Assembly (NCBI GenBank): GCA_900128585.1
Contig: LT642152.1
Span: 44,245 to 64,244 of the forward strand
Direction: 5' to 3'
Length of the DNA: 20,000 nucleotides
From: Stramenopiles sp. TOSAG23-3
Taxonomy: Eukaryota
How positions within the stretch are numbered: the stretch's first letter is position 1; each line of letters starts with the position of its first letter. The notes under the pieces were generated by a model that was not told the origin of the DNA, did no database searches, and was given only the letters and a program-made list of their open reading frames with translations. Below are positions 9,234 to 18,504 of this stretch, piece after piece. Both the position numbers and the translations under genes were made by a program.

Positions 9234-9320
9234 TTTCTATGCTATTCAATGTTCATTCTTTTGTTCATGGGAGTGTATTCGCATGCAGTGTGAGCAAATA
9301 TTTCTATGCTATTCAATGTT
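9234..9320. repeat. 20-bp perfect direct repeat TTTCTATGCTATTCAATGTT
   Basis: Copies at 9234-9253 and 9301-9320. Confidence 0.8.
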
Positions 9321-9997
9321 AAAATCTTTTATATTTGAATTTTTTCGAATTATTTTTTTGAATTTTATAGATTCCATTTCAGTACTATACACCTGTTAAA
9401 CCAACAACATTTTTCACCTTCCTTCTTCGCGATTTCCGTATGTATTTTACAACCCTATACTATTTACCTGTAAATATAAAATTAACTTCAATGCCTATAC
9501 TATCTATATATTAATAATTTATTTACCATTGTTTAAAAGTTACATAAACATAGCATTGATAATAAGTATTTCGATCAACTTTCACCATTGTAGTAGGTAA
9601 AGTTAAGGTTTATAATTTATTTTTTTAAATTCGTAAGACTTCCTTACCAAATGGTATGTCCTTGCTATTATCCTATTATAGATTTTAAAGGAGATGAGTT
9701 TTTTAGTTAGTTGTTGTTGAATTCATCGTCAGTCAACAACAAAAAAGAAAAAAATAGAAAAGAAAGTGTCTTACAAACGAAAGCATCGATCACTTTAGTA
9801 TCCATCTTTACGAACAAACGTTTACCTCACAGGTTTTGGGATCAACAAAAAATTGTACGTACGAAGGCAAGGAAGGAGGAAAACAAAGACTAGTTTCACG
9901 TTAGTTAGTCTCTTCTCCGCAAAAGCATAAGACGGACAGTATAAACCGAGAAGCGTATTGATCCTGTTGCAAAAGGCATACGAGTTGGTACTGTACC

Positions 9998-11506
9998 ATG
10001 CAACCCTCACACGCAAAGCTCTCCGTGGACGCGTTGGCGAAACGGGCGCCTTTGAAAAAGGTCAGCCCTTCCATTGCGAACAAAATACTTCTGGCTGGAA
10101 AGAACAACAGCACCTCGGCCATGGCAAGAAAAGCTAAAATCGAACGCAAGAAGAAAGTAGTAAAACAGAGTTCGAAGAACTCAGATGGCACCCAGGCCGG
10201 CACCGTAGAAAAGAAAAAGTCGGGCAACCCGCACTGTATTAAAGGCCCCTGGACCCCGGACGAAGATAGCAAAGTCATCCAACTCGTGAAGGAGTATGGG
10301 CCGAAGAAATGGTCGGTTATTGCGTCTCACCTGCCGGGGCGCATCGGAAAGCAGTGCCGCGAGCGTTGGCACAACCACCTAAACCCAGACATTCGCAAGG
10401 GGCCGTGGACCGAGGAGGAAGACAAGACCATCCTCGCCGCACACGAAACGTTGGGGAACCGCTGGGCCGAGATAGCAAAGCTACTCCCTGGCCGAACGGA
10501 CAACGCCATCAAGAACCACTGGAACAGTTCGATGCGACGGAAAATTGAAAAGCTGAAGAACGGGGAGATTTCCTCCTACACTGCTGGAAAGATCAAGAAG
10601 ACGAAAGATAAAAGTGCTGCGGCGAAACGAAAGGCGAAGCTTTTGAAAGAGAAACGGGCACACGGCAACTCCACCGCCGCGTCCAAGGGGAGGAACTCGA
10701 AGGACTCCACAAAAGGGGTCAAAAGGCCCCCGAAGAAGAGCGCAAAGGCCAAGCGGGCGGTTAACAACTCTACCGCGCCCTCCCCCGGGTGGGACTTGTC
10801 CGGGATGGCGTTTGCCCAAGGCGGGACGCCCATGCGCGGGGACGGGGACTTGGACGACTTCTCCTTTTCGTTCACGGACAGCGAGGACATGTGGTCCCCG
10901 ATGGGGGGCTCCACGCCGAACCAGTTCCGCTTCACGCCAAACAAGAAGTACAGGACCCCGGGGGGGAATGGCAGCGCGCAACGAAAAAGGCGTCGGCTTA
11001 TCTCTGGACCAATGCCCAGCCCGGGCGGGCTACCCCCGACCCCCGACTCCACCAACAAGCTGCTCCGTACGTGGATGGGCCAGGAATTGTCCCCCATGGG
11101 CACCCCCGGGGGCAACTGGTCCCCCTCTGCCCCGGGCGGCACGACGATGAACGCCCCGACCCCGGGCTCTGTAGGCCTGACCTCGTACGGCCGCAGCGCT
11201 GGCGTCGGCGGGGGGTACGCTGCAAACCACGCAGGCAACGCTAATTCCACGCCGGCAACCAATGAATTAGAGCGCATTGACGTGCCTGCTAGAAGGTTCA
11301 AGACGTACGCCACCAAGCGAGAGAAGGAACGGATGCGTGAGCGCCAAATGCAGCTCCAAAAAGACACTGCCGTCGCAAGGACGCCTGACCGTTTGACCAA
11401 CGGCAGCAAGTACGCCATGTCGCCATTGAGCCCGTCACGCCTGGCTGGAGAAATGTTTGCCCCGGACGAACTTTACAACATTATGATGCCATCTCCTGCA
11501 CGATAA
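9998..11506 (+). CDS. Myb transcription factor with two c-Myb-type (R2R3) repeats
   Basis: KGPWTPDED...[26 protein letters not shown] and KGPWTEEED...[25 protein letters not shown]. Basic flanks and a low-complexity C-terminus rich in S/T-P. An in-frame stop at 9959 precedes ATG 9998. Confidence 0.96.
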   Translation: MQPSHAKLSVDALAKRAPLKKVSPSIANKILLAGKNNSTSAMARKAKIERKKKVVKQSSKNSDGTQAGTVEKKKSGNPHCIKGPWTPDEDSKVIQLVKEYGPKKWSVIASHLPGRIGKQCRERWHNHLNPDIRKGPWTEEEDKTILAAHETLGNRWAEIAKLLPGRTDNAIKNHWNSSMRRKIEKLKNGEISSYTAGKIKKTKDKSAAAKRKAKLLKEKRAHGNSTAASKGRNSKDSTKGVKRPPKKSAKAKRAVNNSTAPSPGWDLSGMAFAQGGTPMRGDGDLDDFSFSFTDSEDMWSPMGGSTPNQFRFTPNKKYRTPGGNGSAQRKRRRLISGPMPSPGGLPPTPDSTNKLLRTWMGQELSPMGTPGGNWSPSAPGGTTMNAPTPGSVGLTSYGRSAGVGGGYAANHAGNANSTPATNELERIDVPARRFKTYATKREKERMRERQMQLQKDTAVARTPDRLTNGSKYAMSPLSPSRLAGEMFAPDELYNIMMPSPAR

Positions 11507-11809
11507 GTCCTCCCTACTCTGATTCTCCGAGGTGATACCAAGAGATTGCTTTGTTGAAAATAATGTCGTTGAAGGGATCGAGAATCTTTCTTTCACGCGC
11601 CCTCCTTTTGAATGGTTAGACTTTTTCTTAAAGGAACGATTTGGCTTTGATTGAAACGAAAATTACAGCGAGAATTATTGTTTTAATAATTCTTATATTA
11701 AATACACAAGAGAGTAAAAATATATTTTGCACAACACAGCACAAGCACGTGTGGGGTCAAATAATGTGTTGCCATTTTATTTGCAGTAAAAAAATGAAAT
11801 GGCTGGTTC

Positions 11810-12772
11810 TTACAAGTCCCCGGATGGCAAGGTGTTCTTCCGGCGGCCTTTTCGGCGCCTTGTGCGCCCGCCCTCGGTCTCTTCAATCTCTGCAAACGTC
11901 TCTTCCTCGTTGCCGTGAACCTTCCTGGTGACTTTTCGCCCATTTCGTACTACCGTTTCGGTCCGTTCAAAGGTACCTCCGCTCGAGCTGCTGGATGTCG
12001 AGCTGCTGAACGAAAAGGAGCCTCCCATCATGTTCCCCAAAACGTCTCCCATACCACCTGCGCCGGCAAAATTCCCAAGGTCGCCGAACCCGTCAAATAT
12101 GGAGGGCATGCCCCGCCCCGAATCGCCCCTACTACCCGCTTTTAAGAGCGAATCTGGCGCGGCGCCGTATTTCTTGACAAGCTTTTTGTACAACGTCTTT
12201 TCCTTCCCCTTGTACTTGGACAGTATTTTGGAGATATACTTTGCGTTGCAGTTTTTGGGTTTGTGCTTTCGATAAAAGGCCAGCAGGTCGTTCTGGAGGT
12301 CTTGCAACGATGGGGAATCGTCCACCGTTTCCTCTTCGAAAAAGCTATTTTCGCCTTTAAATATGTCCCTCATTGCCTCGAATGGATCTTGACCATTAAA
12401 AAATTCTGCAAAGACGTCATTGGCGCTCCGATGGGCGCCACCGCTGCCAGTATCAAACCCAAACGCGCTGCCGATACCCCCACTGTCGTACTCTTTCCTC
12501 TTCTTGTCGTCACTAAGCACTTCGTAAGCCTCTGCAATTTCATTAAACTTCTTGGTGGCAGCCTCTTTGTTGTCCTTGTTTTTGTCCGGGTGCCACTTCA
12601 GTGCAAGTTTCCTATAGGCACGTTTAACGTCTTTCGTCGTAGCAGTTTTCTTCACCCCTAAAGTTTTGTAATAGTCTTTCGATGCGGCAGCGACAAAAAA
12701 GAGGAATTGACCCAACACGACTACCAACAGAGGAAGTAACAACTTTCGCGTCGGCGCACGAAAACGACTCAT
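11810..12772 (-). CDS. DnaJ/Hsp40 (class B-like) with N-terminal signal peptide
   Basis: Hydrophobic leader [21 protein letters not shown] domain KDYY...WHPDKN...AYEVLSD, G/F-rich region, Ser-rich [12 protein letters not shown]...[14 protein letters not shown], ending SGDL. Confidence 0.95.
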   Translation of the reverse strand: MSRFRAPTRKLLLPLLVVVLGQFLFFVAAASKDYYKTLGVKKTATTKDVKRAYRKLALKWHPDKNKDNKEAATKKFNEIAEAYEVLSDDKKRKEYDSGGIGSAFGFDTGSGGAHRSANDVFAEFFNGQDPFEAMRDIFKGENSFFEEETVDDSPSLQDLQNDLLAFYRKHKPKNCNAKYISKILSKYKGKEKTLYKKLVKKYGAAPDSLLKAGSRGDSGRGMPSIFDGFGDLGNFAGAGGMGDVLGNMMGGSFSFSSSTSSSSSGGTFERTETVVRNGRKVTRKVHGNEEETFAEIEETEGGRTRRRKGRRKNTLPSGDL

Positions 12773-13391
12773 ATCCTTTTGTTCTAGACTAATTCCTAAT
12801 AGTGTCTGCCTTGAATTCCTAAGACGAACCTAAATAAATACATGCGGTTTTTATTGGCTCTTTTTCATTTGGAAGCCGTTCTACTACAGTACTGTATTCT
12901 ACCAAGAACAAAGTGATTCATTATTATTCTAGTTGTTATTATAAAAAGAGAAGAAGAAAGAAACACATTTTTTTCATAAAAAGTTGGCAGCAGGCACAAT
13001 ATTTCTTTTTATATTATAAATATCATTCCAATCATACGTACGTATAAATAAGATAGAAGAAGAAAAGAAAAAAGAAAAGAAGGAGGAGGAAGAAGGAAGG
13101 AAAGAAGAAGAAATCAACAACACGACGATGATGAAAAATCGAAGAAAAAAGAAAGAAATCGACTCATTTTTTTTGCTGCTGCTGTGATTATAATAATATA
13201 TTTATGTATTATATCTCTCTTGGGACTTGGGAGGAAGATGATGTGCGGTGTAAAAATTGATCGATCACAATTATACCAAGTAATAATATTATAATAAATA
13301 ATAATCGATTTCTTCTTCTTCTTCTTCTTCGATTTTATTATTTAATTATGTATTTTTTATATTTTCTATTAAAAAAGTATTTACTGTATAG

Positions 13392-13811
13392 CTAACAAGG
13401 TAGTTTGGCTTTAAATTTATCTCCTGCTGCTTTTCCTTTTGGGATTGCGCACTCAAATTTCTGCCCAGGAAAATTTGGGTTAGGGACGGTCATAATATCA
13501 CCCTCTCGAAATTGTGGGGGTACCGTGAGTTCAATTCTCTGCCACTTCGCTTCTTCGGCAGCTGTTTTCGCCTTCATATCCACCGCAATGTTCCACATCA
13601 TTTTCGTAGGACCGATCGGACTCAATTCCCAAGCTATATAGATTCCACATACTGCTGCCATTTCAGGATTCTTTTTTGCCCACTGCATTAACTGCACGTG
13701 TACCGGTTCCTCTGCATTGGCATTCACAGTGGTCATACGGCGTTTCCGAGTGGTTCGTGAGGTTGCGCGCCTCAATTTGCCTAGCAGGGTAGAGCGGGAA
13801 ACGGCGAACAT
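13392..13811 (-). CDS. Small hypothetical protein (139 aa) with putative mitochondrial presequence and a C-terminal duplicated VP/G motif
   Basis: ATG at 13811 (the track start at 13850 is a TTG). Arg/Ser/Thr-rich, acid-free N-terminus MFAVSRSTLLGKLRRATSRTTRKRRM. The ORF coincides with a GC-richer island in AT-rich DNA. Confidence 0.8.
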   Translation of the reverse strand: MFAVSRSTLLGKLRRATSRTTRKRRMTTVNANAEEPVHVQLMQWAKKNPEMAAVCGIYIAWELSPIGPTKMMWNIAVDMKAKTAAEEAKWQRIELTVPPQFREGDIMTVPNPNFPGQKFECAIPKGKAAGDKFKAKLPC

Positions 13812-14293
13812 TTTGCTTCTGCTATGGTGTGGATGGTGTGCTCGTTTCAATCGTTTGCTTTGATGTTGTTCGTTTTTTTTAATTAATGTTGTTATACAAT
13901 TTATTCTAATGGAATAGTTTCGTGCTTTTATTTTATTATATTGTTATTAGACTGACTTCATCTTTTCAATATTATGAAAAGGTTGATTGACATAATGTAA
14001 TGTTGAGAGAACAGAAGAAGAAGAGTGGGTGGAGAAGAAAAAAAGTGATGAGATAATACCATCATGGTTCATGGTGTAATAGATAGTAGTAATCATGTGA
14101 TAATATATTATAATATGATGATGGCAGCAGCAGCACAGCAGCAGAAAAATAATTGGTGCGTGATGTTTATTATATTTAGTACTATTTATATATAAAATGA
14201 TTGTGATGATGATGAATGAAAAAACAAAAAAACATTGAAGTCATCATCACATCACATTAATATTTATGGAATTACATTTTAAATTATTAGCTA

Positions 14294-14320
14294 TTTTAAA
14301 ACAAGAAAATTGGCTGTTAT
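14294..14320. repeat. Copy of dispersed 27-bp element TTTTAAAACAAGAAAATTGGCTGTTAT
   Basis: Identical to 6870-6896. Confidence 0.85.
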
Positions 14321-14394
14321 TAATAAATATATACAGTATAAAGTCAAAGAAAAGAAGAGAGAGAGAGAGAGAAAGAAGATGATGCGCTTGGCTG

Positions 14395-14422
14395 CTGAGA
14401 ACTGAGAACTGAGAACTGAGAA
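14395..14422. repeat. (CTGAGAA)4 heptamer microsatellite
   Basis: ctgagaactgagaactgagaactgagaa read directly. Confidence 0.85.
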
Positions 14423-14712
14423 GAGAAAAGAGAAGAAGAAGATGAAGAAGATGAAAGATGATATTAAGATTAAGATTAAAAATTAGGTTCATATTTATTT
14501 TATATTAAAATATATAAAAAAACATGAAGAAGAATGATGAGAAACATACAGTACTACTATAGACACTATAATTATATACACCTTCCATAATATATATATT
14601 TTTATAAAAAAAGTAGTATGTTTTAGTAAAATACACAACCTGTAAAAGACTTTTTGATTTTTAATTTTAAAAGACGCAATTCCTTACCATTTCGGTAAAG
14701 CGACATCGTGTG

Positions 14713-14765
14713 ATTAGAGTGACGTCAACTTGTTCTGTAATTACAGTGACGTCAACTTGTTCTGT
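14713..14765. repeat. 27-bp-period tandem duplication, each copy carrying TGACGTCA
   Basis: ATTA(G/C)AGTGACGTCAACTTGTTCTGT at 14713-14738 and 14740-14765. Confidence 0.85.
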
Positions 14766-14798
14766 TACCCGTTTGTTTTTGCTGTTCTCTTCGAGCTT

Positions 14799-16382
14799 TT
14801 ACCGCCTTGCTCCAAACCCGTCACCCTCGAAGTTTGTTTTCTTGTGCCCACACCTATTGAACACGCCCGTGCCATCGTTACCGTTTTCGTTCCCGTCGCA
14901 ATCTGCGTTTTCGTACGCAGTCTCGTAATAATTGGTGTAATACGTTGAATAAAACCCTGCGTAGTACATTGCATAATACAACTGTGAAGGCGCGTAGTTG
15001 CAGTACTGACAGTACACCTTCTTGTGGAAACAATAGTAGCAGTAGTAGTCCTGCAGAGGATTGTGCGTCATGGAATGCATCAGCGCTGGAATAATTGAGT
15101 GAGTCAGGGACTTTCCAAGAATAGACGAAATGCCGTTAGCGGTCAAACGAGAAATTTGGACCCCCGTGTCCTCGGTTGCTTTAACCGATGACGCCTCTGT
15201 CAACGAGCTGGTTAAACTCGAGGTCAACACCGGGGCCAAACCATCGGTAACGAGTTTAGGGACGACTTCGTGCAGGCTCCCAGAAACAGATTCTATGACC
15301 GAGTCCACCATGGATTCGTGGGCCGACTGAAGGATTTTTTCGCCCATTTGCGACCCCATACGGGGAATAAGTTCTCTGTACACATCGCGCTTTATATTCA
15401 TGGCGAGCTCCTCCGGCATTTGCATGGCTAGGGTACCGCCGACAATTAGTGCCTCGTGGGTCAACCACCTGTCCATGGTGGCCGCCCAAACTGTTGCAAC
15501 TTGTCCGTCGGCCAGGCCTGCTACTTTGTCCATGTACTCATCCACTCCCACCCACTGGGTTTGTAAGTGCGACATGTCCATAGACGACAGCTCTGCTAAC
15601 GATGTTAACTTTCCATTCATCATGTGGCCTTTTAGTTTTGCCATAAGGGCAATGTCATTTACGTCTATTTGTGTGACGGGCTTTCGCCCTGGTGTGCACT
15701 TGCCACGCTTTCCCAGACGGAAGCGCCTTGAAGTGCCCGCTACAGGTTTCCCCTGCGCGTTTGTCAGCAGTACTTTCTCGCGAATTATCTGCTCTGGCGG
15801 GGGCAGAAAGCGCAAGCGACAACTTTCAATATCCTCTTCACTCATAACGTGGTGAGAATACCCGTGCTTCAGCGAGTAATTTAAGAACAAAAACGCCTGG
15901 TATGTGTTGTTATGGACCGCAGGCCCCCCAAAGAGGCTCGGAAGCGTTGCCGGACTTGTCGTGGACAACCGATCGATTACATTTAAGTTCGTTGGCGGTT
16001 TCTCCAAGTTGAAAACAGGGTTGTGCACATCGTCTTTCTCGTCGGAGACGGGCTGGAACGATTCAAATATCCTATTCCCGCATATCATTCTGGTACTACC
16101 TGCTAATGATTTGGAAGAATCGTAATGTATCGTTTCATTGAACTGCACGGAAAAAACAGCGGCCGTGTAGTAATATGGAAGTCGAGGCTCTCCCTTGCAG
16201 TTCTGGGGCGAGTGCGACGTGCATTCGGTTTCCCACTCAAAGCCGATTGATCTTATCTCGACACTGGTTTTTTCTATGGGTATATGGCCGTGTGCGCTAT
16301 TCGACCCACCACATCCTAGACTCAGACACATACACACAAACATCAATGCCCGTGGCATCGGCAATTGTACCACGCCCCCCAT
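14799..16382 (-). CDS. Unknown, probably secreted protein with a long tetrad-repeat region and Cys/Tyr-rich C-terminal motif
   Basis: Long ORF with coding-like composition. The start is uncertain: ATG 16382 (MGGVVQLPMPRALMFVCMCLSLGCGG) gives a signal-like leader, there are other in-frame Mets nearby, and the frame is open to about 16595. Ends DYYCYYCFHKKVYCQYCNY...YYAMYYAGFYSTYYTNYY. Confidence 0.85.
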   Translation of the reverse strand: MGGVVQLPMPRALMFVCMCLSLGCGGSNSAHGHIPIEKTSVEIRSIGFEWETECTSHSPQNCKGEPRLPYYYTAAVFSVQFNETIHYDSSKSLAGSTRMICGNRIFESFQPVSDEKDDVHNPVFNLEKPPTNLNVIDRLSTTSPATLPSLFGGPAVHNNTYQAFLFLNYSLKHGYSHHVMSEEDIESCRLRFLPPPEQIIREKVLLTNAQGKPVAGTSRRFRLGKRGKCTPGRKPVTQIDVNDIALMAKLKGHMMNGKLTSLAELSSMDMSHLQTQWVGVDEYMDKVAGLADGQVATVWAATMDRWLTHEALIVGGTLAMQMPEELAMNIKRDVYRELIPRMGSQMGEKILQSAHESMVDSVIESVSGSLHEVVPKLVTDGLAPVLTSSLTSSLTEASSVKATEDTGVQISRLTANGISSILGKSLTHSIIPALMHSMTHNPLQDYYCYYCFHKKVYCQYCNYAPSQLYYAMYYAGFYSTYYTNYYETAYENADCDGNENGNDGTGVFNRCGHKKTNFEGDGFGARR

Positions 16383-17256
16383 GCTTGGTTCCAGTCGTCT
16401 CCAACGCAACGGTCCAAAGTGCCCAAACGAGCAAATGCCAGAACAGGAGCTTGGCAGTATGGTCTGTTCGAAACGTTTGAACACCTTTCCACAAAAATAA
16501 ATGGTGATGGTGAATGCTGTTAAATATCCAACCATTCGGCGGCAGCACAGAATTGTGCGGCTAACATTTATCTTATGTATTGCATGGCAGTCCACAGTTC
16601 ATCGCTTTCAACGTATTTATTATTAAACCAAACTTTAAATTTCTATTATTTGATCAGTAGTATCATCGGAATTATTTGTTTTATTATAAGAAGATAGTAG
16701 CTAGCTCATCATCATTATTATTAATTCTGTTTCTTTCTTCGTCTTCTTCTTCGGCCTCCTTTCTTCTATTACGTATATGATGGTGCATTCCTGTAAAGAA
16801 ATATTAATACAACTATGTACACTATAATACAAGCCCCCCCCCCTCTTTTCCCTTTTCCCTTTTCCCTTTTCCTCTCTCTAAAATTATTGCGTTTTTAAAA
16901 TCATCCTAAATATACAAACGATGTTATTTATATGTAGTTAAAGTTTATGATATTCATATACTTAAATATAATATTTGATAGAATTAATTGATCATATTTG
17001 GTATAAATACAGTGTTGCTAATACATTTGTATTGAAAAAATACATCTCTAGTTTACGAATTAAAGTGTACTACGAATTATTTTGGTTACAGGTACCTGGG
17101 AACTGTGACACTGTGACAAGCCAAAACAACGACTTCTGTCTTCTTCTTCCTTGGTTCCAAGTTCCTCCTCGGTATAAGTATATAGTATGGATTATTTATT
17201 CTACGATTTTGGGTTTGAAAGAGAGTGGTTGGTTGGGTTAGTGGCTATCAATTGAT

Positions 17257-18073
17257 TCACCTAACCAAATACTTGGCGATGTGCCGTTCCATTTCAGCGC
17301 GTTCCTCTTCGGTTAAGAATTTTGTGCACGATTTGCTGCAAGTGGCTGGGTCCGAAAACAATTGAAAAAGCTCATCTGGCTGTTCCGTTACATTGAAATT
17401 TCCCCAGCGCCAGGTAACTCCGGTCGGCCCATCTTTAAATAAAATGTCATGCCCCCAGTTCTTATAAAGTTTGTCGTAATGTGACACTGTCCAATATTGA
17501 AACCCTTGGGGACCATCCCATTGATCACACATGACACTGTTGGTAGCGATCATTTAAAGAGAAGAATGGTTAGTCGCTGAAGAGTGAGTTTACCGCATTG
17601 TTTCTGCGAATATACTATACTTACTTGTTTCCATACATGTCTGGCGCCGAAATATTCGTGCCTTTGTACGTGTAGGCTTTCAAGAATGCTGGAGGGACTG
17701 CCCCGACATCTTTTACAAACCGGCAGCAATCTATATCATGCTTTGGTTGGTGCAAGTAAATACCAGAATTAATAAACAAAAGTTTGCACGGTATTGCCTT
17801 CAGGGCAGACTTGATATTTACGAAAGGCAGGCAGCGGTCGACGTAGTCCACCAGCTGCGCTTGGGTAGAGTTTGGTGCTCCTGACAAATACTTGTAATAA
17901 AACATAGACGAGGCATTTTTAATGCTTGGAACGTTTCCATAGAGAGTGAAAGGGGAGGAAAACTGCGTCGGCCAGACAGGGCATTCTGTGTTGTTAATGC
18001 AGTTTGGGTTTGCCTCCACGTTTAGCGTGGTGGCAATGAATACCAACAAGGCCAATGAACACGTCGGACGCAT
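17257..18073 (-). CDS. Two-exon secreted protein (242 aa), ependymin-related (EPDR)-like; exons 18073-17625 and 17536-17257
   Basis: Signal peptide MRPTCSLALLVFIATTLNVEA, then PVWPTQF, DCC..VGAVPPAFL, CDQW..FQYW and PDELF..PATC. Splicing the 88-bp intron joins the two track ORFs in frame (449+280=729 nt). The family assignment comes from remembered motif similarity only. Confidence 0.85.
17537..17624 (-). other. Spliceosomal GT-AG intron, 88 bp
   Basis: Donor AA|GTAAGT, branch site GACTAAC (17575-17569), pyrimidine tract, acceptor CAACAG|T. The junction reads YGN-N-VMCDQW. Confidence 0.92.
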
Positions 18074-18469
18074 GGTGGTATGTTGAAAGTTCTTGTTCGC
18101 TTTTCGTACCGCTGGTTATTCTGTTTTTTCGTTCTCTTTTCGTCAAATGATTACACAGTCGGTGAAGCATATCAATCTGTTGGGCATGGTAGTCTTCTAT
18201 TTCATTATTTGATATAATATATATGTCATGTTAATTGTTGTGCCTTTTCTTTATTTGTTTGTTATTACTATTAATTAATTATTATTATTCTTTTTGTTGT
18301 TCGAAGAAGAAGAAGTATAGGTGATTTTCCGGTAGTATGTTACGTATTATACATGTTACGGTACTACTAATCAGTAACTCCCATCATTATTTTTATAATA
18401 GACCTTAATCAGTATTCTACTTAATATTAATGATTTGGGTTACATTCTCTGTTGACGGACGGACCCCCA

Positions 18470-18504
18470 GAAGAAGAAGAAGAAGAGAAGAAGAAGAGAA
18501 GAAG
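18470..18504. repeat. GAA/GA polypurine microsatellite
   Basis: gaagaagaagaagaagagaagaagaagagaagaag read directly. Confidence 0.8.

Noticed and set aside
10481-11418. Long antisense and alternate-frame ORFs (280, 166, 151 aa) over the Myb gene
   Set aside because: Shadow ORFs expected from stop-poor, GC-rich coding DNA, with no recognisable motifs.
14713-14765. Possible CRISPR-like repeat
   Set aside because: Only two adjacent copies, no spacer, no cas genes, and a eukaryotic context.
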